NCBI GenBank assembly: GCA_977020255.1
Contig: CDROCS010000253.1
Location: 3,286,001 to 3,350,000, forward strand
Source of the DNA: Obrimoposthia wandeli
Lineage: Eukaryota
Direction: 5' to 3'
Length of the DNA stretch: 64,000 nt
The position numbers were made by a program, and so were the translations under genes. Within the stretch, counting starts at the first letter, position 1. Each line of letters starts with the position of its first letter. Shown here one piece after another: positions 39,902 through 50,766 of this stretch. Below the pieces are notes generated by a model. It had not been told where the DNA came from. It saw only the letters and a list, made by a program, of their open reading frames with translations, and did not search any database.

Positions 39902-41314
39902 TTGGAGATAAGTACTGTGACTAATCGCGCTGAATTAGCATTACAAAACACAAAGTTTACCCCTTTTTGGTTGGATAACCCAAATCGTCCGGCAGCTGAA
40001 AAAACACTTGAATCACATATCGAAACTGATTTGTTAATCGTTGGTAGTGGTTTTACTGGCTTATGGACAGCAGTTCAAGCAAAAGAGCAAAACCCTGACC
40101 GTAACGTGATTGTTATTGAAGCTAATACCGCTGCAATAGGTGCATCTGGTAGACCCGGTGCCATTCTTTCTACTTCGTTAATGCATGGCATGGAAAACTC
40201 TAATCGTTTATTTGAAAAAGAAATGGATGAACTCGAGCGTCTGGGTAAAGACAACATGGACCAGTTTCGCGCAACCATTGAAAAGTACAGCATTGATTGC
40301 GATATAGAATGGAATGGAGAATTAACAGTAGCGGTTGGGAAACATGGTGTTGCTGATATTGAAGCTGAACATAAACTTTATGTTAAGTTTGGCCATGATG
40401 CACACTTACTGAATAAAGAAGCAGTACAAAAAGAGATAAATTCACCCATGTTTGAGGGCGGATTATGGTCTAAAAAGCGTTCAGGTACTATTCACCCGGC
40501 TAAAATGGCTTGGGGGCTTAAACGTGTTGCGAAAGAGCTTGGTGTTACTTTTTATGAAAACACCCCGATGCTAACAAGCAAATCGAAAGGCAACCAAGTT
40601 ATTGTTTATACACCACATGGTAATGTACTTGCGAATAAAGTTATTTTAGCGACTAATGCCTTTACTCAGCATAAAAAGAAGATCAGTCGCCGAGTCGCTG
40701 CTATTCGTGATCGTATTATAATGACGGAGCCTTTGAGTGAACAGCAGCTAAAAGAACTTGGTTGGAAAAACCGTCAAGGTATTTATGATACTCGTACTCA
40801 ATTAAATTATATGCGTTTAACTAAAGATAACCGTGTATTATTTGGCGGCCGTTTGGGTTATTTCTTTGATAATGATACCGACCCAGAGCATGATAAAACG
40901 CCTGAGCCTTTTATTCGTTTATTAGATGCACTTTACCAAACACTTCCTGTTTTAAAAGATATAAAAGTATCTCACGCTTGGAGTGGACCTATTGCGCTAA
41001 CTACGCGTATGGCTGTTCATTATCAGTATTTCCATGGTGGTAAAATGGTTTATGCTGGTGGGTATTCAGGCTTTGGTGTAACGGCAAGCCGTTTCGCTTC
41101 GCGTGTTGCCTTGGCAATCGTTGATGATGTTGATATTCCTGAGCGTAAGCTAGAATTTGCTAAAACAGTACCTGCTTGGATCCCACCAGAGCCGTTTCGT
41201 TGGATTGGCGCGAAGATCACTATGTATGCTCTCGATACCTGTGATGAAAAGGGCGGTTGGAGAATTCCTTGGTTAAAAATAGTGGATAAAATGGGCTTCC
41301 CATTAAAGCCGTAA
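39902..41314 (+). CDS. FAD-dependent amine oxidoreductase (DAO/PuuB-OrdL-like; likely start GTG 39917)
   Basis: IVGSGFTGLWTA, GASGRPG, IHPAKMAWGL, VILATNAF, AWSGPI, and YSGFGVTASR. Confidence 0.88.
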   Translation: MEISTVTNRAELALQNTKFTPFWLDNPNRPAAEKTLESHIETDLLIVGSGFTGLWTAVQAKEQNPDRNVIVIEANTAAIGASGRPGAILSTSLMHGMENSNRLFEKEMDELERLGKDNMDQFRATIEKYSIDCDIEWNGELTVAVGKHGVADIEAEHKLYVKFGHDAHLLNKEAVQKEINSPMFEGGLWSKKRSGTIHPAKMAWGLKRVAKELGVTFYENTPMLTSKSKGNQVIVYTPHGNVLANKVILATNAFTQHKKKISRRVAAIRDRIIMTEPLSEQQLKELGWKNRQGIYDTRTQLNYMRLTKDNRVLFGGRLGYFFDNDTDPEHDKTPEPFIRLLDALYQTLPVLKDIKVSHAWSGPIALTTRMAVHYQYFHGGKMVYAGGYSGFGVTASRFASRVALAIVDDVDIPERKLEFAKTVPAWIPPEPFRWIGAKITMYALDTCDEKGGWRIPWLKIVDKMGFPLKP

Positions 41315-41721
41315 ATACGTCTTTATATTATCAAGTAAAGCTAAATGCCGATAACTAATTGCCTTATGAACCAGAACCTAAGCGCTAGTTTGCGGTATTT
41401 ATGGTGCTGACGGTGGAATGTACTGCAATAGGTGTTTTTTCGTCTTAGATTTTATCATCTATAGCCATAACCAAAAAGCTGCTAACTATTTGAGCTATCA
41501 TTTTATTGTAAATAATCAACCCTGAGCCAACACTGGTTAGCAATGACCTAGGTCGAACATAATTAATGCATTGAGAGATATTTGACATAAGACCTGATGT
41601 TATTCATATATCTTATTGGCATTAATAGTTTGATAGCCATCAAATTTAATTATGCTTTTAGATGCCAAATTGATTATTGGGGTCTATTATAAAATAAAGG
41701 AATTCTTGGACTTACCCTAGT

Positions 41722-43818
41722 ATGAAATCAAGCAATACTGACAATGCACTGACCCAACAATATGTTCTCAATGATTCGCTTCACCAATTGTTTGATGCAG
41801 TAAATGTTGTTTCTGTGCAGGGATACGATGAAGAGCGGCGAGTGATCTATTGGAATGTCGGTAGTGAATTACTTTATGGCTACAATCAAGAAGAAGCATT
41901 AGGGCAAAAACTAGAAGATTTAATTATCCCTGAGCCTATGCGTGAGTTAGTTATTGCTGCACATAGTGATTGGATCAAACGAGGGATAGAAATCCCTGCT
42001 TCAGAGGTAAGATTACGCCATAAAAATGGTAGTGATGTCAATGTGTTTTCAAGTCATGCGCTGTTTACTAATCAATATAATAAAAAGCAAATGTATTGTA
42101 TTGACGTTAATTTAGCTGATGTTAAACATGCCCAATCCCAAGTACTATTTAAAGAGCATATGCTTGAGACAATCTTTGATGCAATACCTGATTTATTTTT
42201 CTTGATGGAGGTAGATGGCACTATTGTTGATTATCATACGGGTGACCAAAAGAACCTCTACGTTTCACCACATCAGTTTATTGGTAAACGTATGACAGAT
42301 ATACTACCTGATGAGGTAATCAGTAAATTTCAAACCCATGTTGAGAAAATATTAAAACAAGAGGGGATGATAACTTTTGAATATGAGCTAAGTATGCCTC
42401 ATGGATTGGTGCATTTTGAGGCAAGAATGAGTTATTTGCCTGAGTATAATCAAATAGTATTGATAATTCGTGACGTTAGTGAGCAATATAAATCTGCTGA
42501 AATAATAAAGCATCAGGCTTACTTTGATACCTTAACCTCATTGCCAAATCGCTTCTTAGCACTCGACCGTTTATCACAAATGCTGACGGAAGCTGAAAGA
42601 AATAATGATAAAACAGCTGTGCTTTTTCTGGATTTAGATGATTTTAAGAAAATTAATGATTCATTGGGTCATGAAATAGGGGATAAAGTACTAATACAAT
42701 CAGCCAAAAGATTAAACCAAGTATTACGAGAAGGCGATACTGTTGGTCGCTTAGGTGGAGATGAGTTTATTGTGCTATTACGAGGGATAACTGAACATCA
42801 TGATGCGTTAGTTATCACTGAAAATATACTTAAACGTTTTAGGGATCCTTTTATAATCGATGGTAGGGAATTAATACTGACGTTGAGTATTGGTGTGGCT
42901 ATTTACCCTGAAAATGGTCGTTGTGCCTCTGATTTGTTGCGAAATGCCGATACGGCAATGTATCAAGCAAAAGATTTAGGACGTAATACCTTTTCGTTTT
43001 TTTCTAAAAAAATGAATACTATGATGCTCCGCCGTTTTGAAATTGAAGAGCAAATGCATGGGGCTTTGGAGCGTAATGAATTTGAACTATATTACCAACC
43101 TCAATTTGACGTTAAAAGCCGACAAATTACGGGCGTAGAAGCTCTGTTGCGTTGGTATAATTCAGCCCTAGGTAATGTAACACCAGATGAGTTTATTCCA
43201 ATTGCTGAACACACGGGTCTAATTGTACCTATTGGCCAGTTTGTTATTAAGCAAGCACTCAATTTTTTAAATGAATGGCAAAACGTTTATCAGCAAAAAT
43301 TTACAATGGCCGTTAATCTGTCTCCTCGCCAATTCAGAGATGCAGAGTTACTTAGCTTTATCAAAACCTCCCTTAGTGATGCAAATGTTAGTGCTGAAAA
43401 TTTAGAACTTGAAATCACTGAGGGTGTATTAATGAGTGGTCAATCACATATCCATAATGCCTTAGTTGAAATTAATGAACTAGGAATAAAGTTATCAATG
43501 GATGATTTTGGTACTGGGTACTCATCCCTAAGTTATTTAAGACAATATGCTTTTGATGTACTGAAAATAGATAGAAGCTTTATTAATGGCATACCACTAA
43601 ACAAGGCAGACTGTAAGTTAGTTAATGCAATCATAGCAATGGCACATAGTTTAGGGCTAACGGTCGTGGCTGAAGGTGTTGAAACGATTGAGCAACTTAC
43701 TTTATTAGATGAGTTGGACTGTGACTTAGTACAAGGGTATTATTTTAGTAAACCTATACCAGCAAAACAGCTACTTGATTTTGCAGCTCACTACAAATTA
43801 TCACTGTTAAATAAATAG
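41722..43818 (+). CDS. PAS-PAS-GGDEF-EAL c-di-GMP enzyme
   Basis: Two PAS domains, REGD I-site plus GGDEF, EAL (GVEALLRW, DDFGTGYSS, EGVE). Confidence 0.93.
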   Translation: MKSSNTDNALTQQYVLNDSLHQLFDAVNVVSVQGYDEERRVIYWNVGSELLYGYNQEEALGQKLEDLIIPEPMRELVIAAHSDWIKRGIEIPASEVRLRHKNGSDVNVFSSHALFTNQYNKKQMYCIDVNLADVKHAQSQVLFKEHMLETIFDAIPDLFFLMEVDGTIVDYHTGDQKNLYVSPHQFIGKRMTDILPDEVISKFQTHVEKILKQEGMITFEYELSMPHGLVHFEARMSYLPEYNQIVLIIRDVSEQYKSAEIIKHQAYFDTLTSLPNRFLALDRLSQMLTEAERNNDKTAVLFLDLDDFKKINDSLGHEIGDKVLIQSAKRLNQVLREGDTVGRLGGDEFIVLLRGITEHHDALVITENILKRFRDPFIIDGRELILTLSIGVAIYPENGRCASDLLRNADTAMYQAKDLGRNTFSFFSKKMNTMMLRRFEIEEQMHGALERNEFELYYQPQFDVKSRQITGVEALLRWYNSALGNVTPDEFIPIAEHTGLIVPIGQFVIKQALNFLNEWQNVYQQKFTMAVNLSPRQFRDAELLSFIKTSLSDANVSAENLELEITEGVLMSGQSHIHNALVEINELGIKLSMDDFGTGYSSLSYLRQYAFDVLKIDRSFINGIPLNKADCKLVNAIIAMAHSLGLTVVAEGVETIEQLTLLDELDCDLVQGYYFSKPIPAKQLLDFAAHYKLSLLNK

Positions 43819-44032
43819 TAACAGACTCAGAGAAAAGGCCCTGTTAAAGCAATAGCATATATCTTCATTGTTAAGACTCTCTTTGGACAAAGCAGTTTTT
43901 ATTTCAAAATTGGATAATGGCCAATCTATTTTCGTATCAGATAATGAATTTTTCATTATTTATGATGGTACTTATTTTAGCCTGACAAAGTGAAGTCGCT
44001 GAGATTCTGATCACAGTCAGCTAAAGTTTAAC

Positions 44033-44785
44033 TTAGTGATTTGTAGAGTATGATGCAAAAATTTTTTCATAACGGCCACTACTTTTTAATTTCTTTAGGC
44101 CTTTGTTAAACGCATTTCTAATTTTTTCATTATGAAAGAGAATACTATTGGGACTTTGACCAAACAGTGGGAATTTATCAACTAACAAAGAGGTATTTAT
44201 ATTTCCTCCAATTTCGATTTTAGAACGGTAATAATTGAATATTTGCTGATCTAACTGAATTACATCAAAACGCTCTAAAAATAACATTTTAACCTGTAAT
44301 TCTTGGTTATGATTTTCACGATAAAGAGGATTTTTTTTGGCCATTACAGCATACTCACCACCCAAGTGAGCTACCGCTCCTTGCCAAGACATTAAAGAAT
44401 ATGAAACTAACTCATTGAGGTGAGTAAATTTATAATTACGCTTCTTTAATGCAAACGCAAAATTTTCGTAAGCATAAGCTTCATCAGATAAAAAACCTCT
44501 AAGGTTTTCTTTGTTCATTGTCTTCAAGTTCATATCGCAAACAGCATCAACATGCTTTAATCTGAACGATTTTATCCGACGAGCGTATGGGTAATAAAGC
44601 GTATTAATTTCATAGCCTGCAGGCTCTAAAGCTTCTTTTATCAAAGAGATAAGTATTCCGTTGTTTGTTTCAGGCATTACCCAAGGTGCAAGTGCATCAC
44701 CAAATGCGACGGTGATTGTTTGATAACCAAAACACGGTAAAGGTACTAACAAACTAATAGTTAATAACAATGATTTTAGCTGCAT
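44033..44785 (-). CDS. Orphan periplasmic solute-binding protein (family 3-like)
   Basis: Signal peptide, YPYARRI, FNKGLKKLKSSGRYEKI. No ABC permease nearby. Confidence 0.8.
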   Translation of the reverse strand: MQLKSLLLTISLLVPLPCFGYQTITVAFGDALAPWVMPETNNGILISLIKEALEPAGYEINTLYYPYARRIKSFRLKHVDAVCDMNLKTMNKENLRGFLSDEAYAYENFAFALKKRNYKFTHLNELVSYSLMSWQGAVAHLGGEYAVMAKKNPLYRENHNQELQVKMLFLERFDVIQLDQQIFNYYRSKIEIGGNINTSLLVDKFPLFGQSPNSILFHNEKIRNAFNKGLKKLKSSGRYEKIFASYSTNH

Positions 44786-44976
44786 ATTTTTAGTAAAAGT
44801 ATAGAATGGTAGGTAGGGTAAGTATAGCTGAATAAAAAAGTATACAGCTCTGTTTATTTGTCTTGGTACTAAAAGTATCCTATGCGATTAGACCAGAAAA
44901 ATGTCAGATTTTGTCTCAAAAATCACTTTAGGTTTACTGATTTTATCTGGCCTATTACAACCGTTTTTTACTATCA

Positions 44977-46665
44977 TTATTTCTTATCTTGTTTGTATTT
45001 ATACATCCGTTGGTCGGCTAGGGATAAACATTCTGATTGGTTTAGTGTTTCAAAACTCGTGGCAATACCAAAACTAAGACCGGCATCTTTCCATCCTCTT
45101 TGTTGTAGCTCTTTTTCCGTTTCTAACAGTAGATCAGACAATTGCATTAACAGTGATTCGACTTGCTGCGGATTTTTAATACCGACCACCCAAATAAACT
45201 CATCGCCACCACAGCGAAATATAGCACCTAATTCATGCAGTTTCTGTTGCATTATATCTGCTGTTGCAATCAGTACTTTATCGCCCTCATAATGACCAAG
45301 TTTGTCATTAATTTTTTTAAAGCCATCAAGATCAATAAAAGTGATGCAATAGGGTCCTGTTAAACTAGCCAGTTTTTCATTTTGAGCAAAACGATTACCA
45401 ATTTTTGTTAATGGGTCAATGCGTGAAATAACATAACTACGATTAAATTCTTTTTGTTGTATTTGCAACCATTCGGCTAAAGAAAGAAGAATGCACATGC
45501 AATCAATCGTTAATGCAATTTGCACAATAAGTTCAAGAGAAATATCCCAGTCAATTTTATATAAATGAGATAAGACATACCAAGTTAACGTGAAACCGTA
45601 TAAGAGGTTGCCTATTAAGTAATACTTAGCTCTGAAATCCTTCTTCGCGAGCATAAACATTCCTGTTCCAAGACAAAGCGGAATCCATATTGTTGCGATG
45701 ATATGCGATAGTAGGTAACTTAGCGTAAAGGGTAAAAAAGGCATTAAAATGCCTAACCCCAAGCTGACTATTGACAATATGTTAAACGTTTTGGCCAATT
45801 TAAGGTGGTCATGATGACAGTTAAATAACAACTTGGTGAACTGGCTGGCAGAAGCTATCGCAAAAGGAAATATTATGATGCCGCTATAAACAGGATTAAA
45901 TGCTGACACGGTTAATAGATGACCTAAGCTTCCTGATGCTGTAAACCAACCTAAGCCTTGTATGCCTATATAACCTGTACAGGCTAAGGTAACTAAATAT
46001 TTGGTTCTGAGGTATATAAAGAAAGCGATTAAAGCGAGCGTCATCATTACGGTAAATGAAATTGAAGTGATGGTATTGATAAGGAACTGGTTGTTATAAA
46101 ACGCTGTTTTACTGTAAATTTTGATAACAACAGGTGTTGCGAACATTTTTGCTTGAATATAAACCCAAAGCGTGCCGCTTTCTTTCTGGCTTAATGGCAG
46201 AGAAAAAGCTTGTGAATGTGCTAGTCTGGGGTTTGTACTTCCCATCTGGCCAAAGCTTTCTAACGGTATTGGTTCGCCGTGTTCAGGCTGCCAATAAGCA
46301 GCCCCTATATCTAAGTAAACCGCATTAATATTGACAAACCAAGTGTCTTTTTTTTCCTTTGTATTGGTTAATTTGATCTTTGTGATATAAGCGCCACTAC
46401 CGCCAAATGTAGACGTGACTTGATTGGCGTTTTGGTATAATTGGCTTAACTCGACAAAGTTAGGACTTTTACCTAAAGACTGAGTTTGGCGCCAGAGGTT
46501 ATGTTCATTTAATTCAATTTTATTAATATTATCCAATGCCACATAAGGTTGGGCACTTATCGAATGGACGGCAATTGAAAAAAATAAAAAAATAAATAAC
46601 GCAGTATATTTTGTCATAGTGTTAACGTATTTTAGGATACTATTACCGATTTGATAGTCATGCAT
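44977..46665 (-). CDS. 7TM-DISM receptor diguanylate cyclase
   Basis: Periplasmic DISMED2-like region, about 7 TM segments, IDLDGFKKINDKLGHYEGD, RCGGDEF. No RxxD I-site. Confidence 0.88.
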   Translation of the reverse strand: MHDYQIGNSILKYVNTMTKYTALFIFLFFSIAVHSISAQPYVALDNINKIELNEHNLWRQTQSLGKSPNFVELSQLYQNANQVTSTFGGSGAYITKIKLTNTKEKKDTWFVNINAVYLDIGAAYWQPEHGEPIPLESFGQMGSTNPRLAHSQAFSLPLSQKESGTLWVYIQAKMFATPVVIKIYSKTAFYNNQFLINTITSISFTVMMTLALIAFFIYLRTKYLVTLACTGYIGIQGLGWFTASGSLGHLLTVSAFNPVYSGIIIFPFAIASASQFTKLLFNCHHDHLKLAKTFNILSIVSLGLGILMPFLPFTLSYLLSHIIATIWIPLCLGTGMFMLAKKDFRAKYYLIGNLLYGFTLTWYVLSHLYKIDWDISLELIVQIALTIDCMCILLSLAEWLQIQQKEFNRSYVISRIDPLTKIGNRFAQNEKLASLTGPYCITFIDLDGFKKINDKLGHYEGDKVLIATADIMQQKLHELGAIFRCGGDEFIWVVGIKNPQQVESLLMQLSDLLLETEKELQQRGWKDAGLSFGIATSFETLNQSECLSLADQRMYKYKQDKK

Positions 46666-47049
46666 ATAATTTAAAATATCCTTATAACGAGTTAAAGCTA
46701 CACACTACATATTATGTAAAACAAACAGTAATATAACAAGAAAATAACAAGAGTTATTGATTAAAAATATAGCGTAATATTAAGGATGTCGGCGATTATT
46801 GGCAAGAAGAGAACCTTTCAGTCTTACTAGGCTTAGTCGACTAATGCTTATATTAAATTTCGTATGATAATTGTGCCAGAAGCATTAATTTGCTTTACAC
46901 CGGTACACTGCAGTTTATTCTGAGTAGTTAGATTAAGTTTAAATATATTACTATCTTTTGACGGTAGTCAATTCAAGTATTGACTCTCATAATGATGAGA
47001 TTAACTGATTTTTTGCTATATTTAGTTAAGTTACATCTATGATTATTTA

Positions 47050-47065
47050 TGGCACTATCTCTGCT
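47050..47065 (+). promoter_or_regulatory. Sigma54 (-24/-12) promoter candidate
   Basis: TGGCACTATCTCTGCT has GG and GC at the exact -24/-12 spacing, about 90 bp before ATG 47155. Confidence 0.5.
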
Positions 47066-47154
47066 GAAAAAATGAGTGCCTTTAAGATTGAAATAAAAAG
47101 TATTTCTCCCCCAACCAAAAGTTTAAATTATTGTACTAAGTATGGATATACCTG

Positions 47155-50100
47155 ATGTTAACTGATCGCCGTAAAATACTCTTTTTTTCTATATCCGTAA
47201 CGTTGCTCACCATGGCAATCGTTTACTATTCATTTTACATAGGACGTGACATCACAGAACGTCACTCTCATTTAGTTGACGCTGCTATGGAAATTAAGCT
47301 TGAAACGACCATGGCACATTTGTGGTTTGAAGAGGCTATTAGTGGCGACAGAACTATTCATATCAAAGACGTATGGGCCCATCTTGACCAATCAGAATGG
47401 CATGCTCAAGCAATGCTTGACGGAGGCACTCACGAGGAAGGCACCTTCATTCCCCTAAGCGACCCTGATTTACGACTCAAAATTGAAGAAACCATAGAAG
47501 GCATGCATCTCTTTCGTCAAATTGCACAAAAGCGTTGGGCATCAAAATCAACATCTGGTATTGGCTCTGATATCGAGCAACAATTTGACCTCGCCTTTTT
47601 ACAATTTAATCTTTCTGCTGATAATGTTGAGACCGCCTTACAGAAGTTAATAGCAGAAGACTTACAAGCATTTAAATTTACGCAACGATTAGTACTCATC
47701 CTTATTTTCATATTGGGGATCGCCATAGGTGGTTTGTTACTACGCGACAATAGCAGGCGAATAAAAAATATAGACGCACTAAAATTGAGCGAAGAAAATG
47801 TTCGACAGTCTCAAAATCAGCTCCTGAATATAATTAATGGGGCGAAGTTGGGCTATTGGGACTGGAATTATAAAACTGGAGTGCATAATGTTAATGATGA
47901 ATGGTTGTCAATACTTGGTCTATCACGACAAGGTATTACAAACCATATTCGTGACTGGGAGCGCCTCATTCACCCTAATGACAAAGAACGTATAACAAGA
48001 ACGGTTCAAAAGCATATTCAGTCTAGAACAAATTATGTTGCTGAATTCAGGATGAAGCATGTTGATGGAAGATGGATATGGATTCAAGGCTCTGGCTCTG
48101 TTATTGAGTACGATGAAAATACCAATGAACCTCTCCGGCTTTGTGGAACACATCAAGATATTACCGAACGGAAACTCGCAGAGCTACGCGATAAATCACG
48201 CACTCATGTATTAGAACTCCTGACAAGTGGCGACCTCTTACCTGTAATTATGGAAGCGATTGTGCGTGGTGTTGAGCAAGAAAACCAAGACATGCTATGT
48301 AGCATTTTGTTGCTAGATGAGCAGGGTAAACATTTATTGACTGGCGCAGCACCCAGTCTTCCTGATTTTTATAACGCAGCGGTTAACGGCATTGAAATTG
48401 GTGTGGGAGTTGGCTCCTGTGGTACAGCCGCATTTACCAATAAACGTGTCATTGTTGAAGACATTCAAAACCATCCTTATTGGACCCCCTATAAAGCGTT
48501 AGTAAGCAAGGCAGCGTTGGGGGCATGCTGGTCTGAACCAATACGTTCGACACAAGGGAAAGTACTTGGTACTTTTGCTATTTATCATCATGAGGTAAAT
48601 CAGCCAACAGAAGCCAATCTTGTATTGATTGAGCAAGCAGCCAGTTTAGCAAGTATCGCCATTGAAAAGATCCAAGCCAACCTAGCCTTAAAGGCAAGCG
48701 ATGAGCAAATGCAATTAGTATTAGCGGGAGCTGATCTAGGTTTTTGGGATTGGAATATAGCCACAGGCAAAGTGGAACGCAATGAGCGCTGGGCAACCAT
48801 GTTAGGGTATACCTATAAAGAAATTAAACACACCACCAATCAGTGGGTGGATTTCGTACATCTGGAAGATAGAGAGAGAGCTTGGCAATCAATCAATGAT
48901 GTACTTGAAGGTCGCTCGCAATCCCATAGTCTTGAATACCGCATGTTGACTAAAGCAGGTGGCTATAGATGGGTGCATGATCAAGCTAATGTGATGCTGC
49001 GTCATGGTAATGGCAAGCCACTTCGTATGAGTGGTACACATAGTGATATTACCAACCGCAAACTAGCAGAAGAAAAACTCAAGCTCGCTGCCAGTGTATT
49101 CACTCACGCCCGAGAAAGCATCATTATCACTGATACTACGGGTTTAATCATTGATGTAAATGATACGTTTACCTCTACAACAGGTTATAGTCGTGAAGAG
49201 GCTATTGGACAAAACCCGCGCTTACTCAAATCAGGTAGGCAATCCCCCGAATTTTATGCCGATATGTGGCAAGCGCTACTTAAAGAAGGTCATTGGTATG
49301 GTGAGCTTTGGAATCGTCGTAAAAATGGTGAAGTGTATGCTGAAATAAAAACCATCAGTGCAGTACGTGATGAACAGGCTATTACCACTCATTATGTCTC
49401 CTTAGGTAACGACATCACCCTAATGAAAGAACATCAAGAGCAACTAGAGCGTATAGCCCATTACGATGTACTTACTAATTTACCCAACCGTGTATTACTG
49501 GCAGACCGATTATCTCAAGCTATGTTGCATTGCCGGCGTCACGCACAGTCACTTGCTGTCGTCTTTCTAGATTTAGATGGTTTTAAAGCCGTCAATGATG
49601 CTTATGGGCATGATATGGGTGATGAGCTGTTGATTGCACTCTCAGTCCAAATGAAAGAGGCGTTACGTGAAGGTGATAGCTTAGCCCGTATTGGTGGTGA
49701 TGAATTTGTTGCTGTATTAACTGATTTAACTACAGTTGAAGATTGTGAACCGGTATTAGAGCGGCTCTTATCGGCAGCGTCTGATCCGGTCACCGTTGAT
49801 AACGTGGTATTAAATGTATCAGCCAGTATTGGTGTTACCCTTTACCCGCAAGACAATGTGGATGCTGATTTACTCATGCGGCATGCAGATCAAGCCATGT
49901 ATGTTGCTAAGGAGTCCGGTAAGAATCGTTATCACTTATTTGATACGGCTCAAGATTATGCGGTTAAAGTGCAACGGGAAAGTCTAGAGGCTATTCGCGG
50001 CGCATTAGATAATCATCAATTTGTGCTTCACTATCAGCCTAAAGTTAATATGAAAACAGGCAGGGTGATCGGTGTTGAAGCGCTTATTCGCTGGCAACAT

Positions 50101-50766
50101 CCCAAGCGAGGATTATTAAATCCAATCGAATTCTTGCCTGTTATTGAAAATAACGCCATGAGTATCGAGATGGGTGAGTGGGTTATTGATACCGCACTGG
50201 CACAAATCAGCCAATGGCAAGCAATGGAACTTAATTTCCCTCTAAACACCAGTGTAAATATTGCTGCAGTACAATTACAGCAACCTGACTTTACAAAGAA
50301 GCTAACAACACTACTAGCAGCCCATCCCGATGTTGAACCTCGCTATTTAGAACTTGAGGTACTTGAAACAAGTGCCTTAGAGGATGTACATCACATCTCA
50401 AAAATCATGACTGCTTGTATGGCGTTGGGTGTAAACTTTTCCTTAGATGATTTTGGCACCGGCTATTCGTCTCTGATTTACCTTAGACGATTACCAGCAA
50501 ATATAATTAAGATAGATCAGAGTTTTGTGCGAGACATGTTGATTGACGCTGATGATTTGGCCATTGTCGAAGGCGTGATAGCCTTAGCTAAATCATTCAA
50601 ACGTGACGTGATTGCTGAAGGCGTTGAAACGATTGAGCACGGCACTGCTCTATTGCAAATGGGTTGTGAGTTAGCGCAAGGTTATGGCATTGCCAGACCT
50701 ATGCCTGCTAGTGATATTCCCGCCTGGATCAATGACTGGAAACCTGATGTTAGTTGGCAGATCTGA
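47155..50766 (+). CDS. Membrane multi-sensor (periplasmic helical domain-PAS-GAF-PAS-PAS-GGDEF-EAL)
   Basis: Two TM segments, PAS/PAC repeats, GAF (GSCGTAAF), REGD plus GGDEF, VEALIRW, DDFGTGYSS. Confidence 0.93.
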   Translation: MLTDRRKILFFSISVTLLTMAIVYYSFYIGRDITERHSHLVDAAMEIKLETTMAHLWFEEAISGDRTIHIKDVWAHLDQSEWHAQAMLDGGTHEEGTFIPLSDPDLRLKIEETIEGMHLFRQIAQKRWASKSTSGIGSDIEQQFDLAFLQFNLSADNVETALQKLIAEDLQAFKFTQRLVLILIFILGIAIGGLLLRDNSRRIKNIDALKLSEENVRQSQNQLLNIINGAKLGYWDWNYKTGVHNVNDEWLSILGLSRQGITNHIRDWERLIHPNDKERITRTVQKHIQSRTNYVAEFRMKHVDGRWIWIQGSGSVIEYDENTNEPLRLCGTHQDITERKLAELRDKSRTHVLELLTSGDLLPVIMEAIVRGVEQENQDMLCSILLLDEQGKHLLTGAAPSLPDFYNAAVNGIEIGVGVGSCGTAAFTNKRVIVEDIQNHPYWTPYKALVSKAALGACWSEPIRSTQGKVLGTFAIYHHEVNQPTEANLVLIEQAASLASIAIEKIQANLALKASDEQMQLVLAGADLGFWDWNIATGKVERNERWATMLGYTYKEIKHTTNQWVDFVHLEDRERAWQSINDVLEGRSQSHSLEYRMLTKAGGYRWVHDQANVMLRHGNGKPLRMSGTHSDITNRKLAEEKLKLAASVFTHARESIIITDTTGLIIDVNDTFTSTTGYSREEAIGQNPRLLKSGRQSPEFYADMWQALLKEGHWYGELWNRRKNGEVYAEIKTISAVRDEQAITTHYVSLGNDITLMKEHQEQLERIAHYDVLTNLPNRVLLADRLSQAMLHCRRHAQSLAVVFLDLDGFKAVNDAYGHDMGDELLIALSVQMKEALREGDSLARIGGDEFVAVLTDLTTVEDCEPVLERLLSAASDPVTVDNVVLNVSASIGVTLYPQDNVDADLLMRHADQAMYVAKESGKNRYHLFDTAQDYAVKVQRESLEAIRGALDNHQFVLHYQPKVNMKTGRVIGVEALIRWQHPKRGLLNPIEFLPVIENNAMSIEMGEWVIDTALAQISQWQAMELNFPLNTSVNIAAVQLQQPDFTKKLTTLLAAHPDVEPRYLELEVLETSALEDVHHISKIMTACMALGVNFSLDDFGTGYSSLIYLRRLPANIIKIDQSFVRDMLIDADDLAIVEGVIALAKSFKRDVIAEGVETIEHGTALLQMGCELAQGYGIARPMPASDIPAWINDWKPDVSWQI

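Noticed and set aside
41347-41354. Perfect sigma28 -10 element GCCGATAA
   Set aside because: There is no TAAA-like -35 at the required spacing (TTAT is at that position), and the next gene is about 370 bp away.
41380-41530. Hydrophobic frameshifted fragment (ALVCGIYGADGGM…ILSSIAITKK)
   Set aside because: Too short and degenerate to call as a pseudogene without a search.
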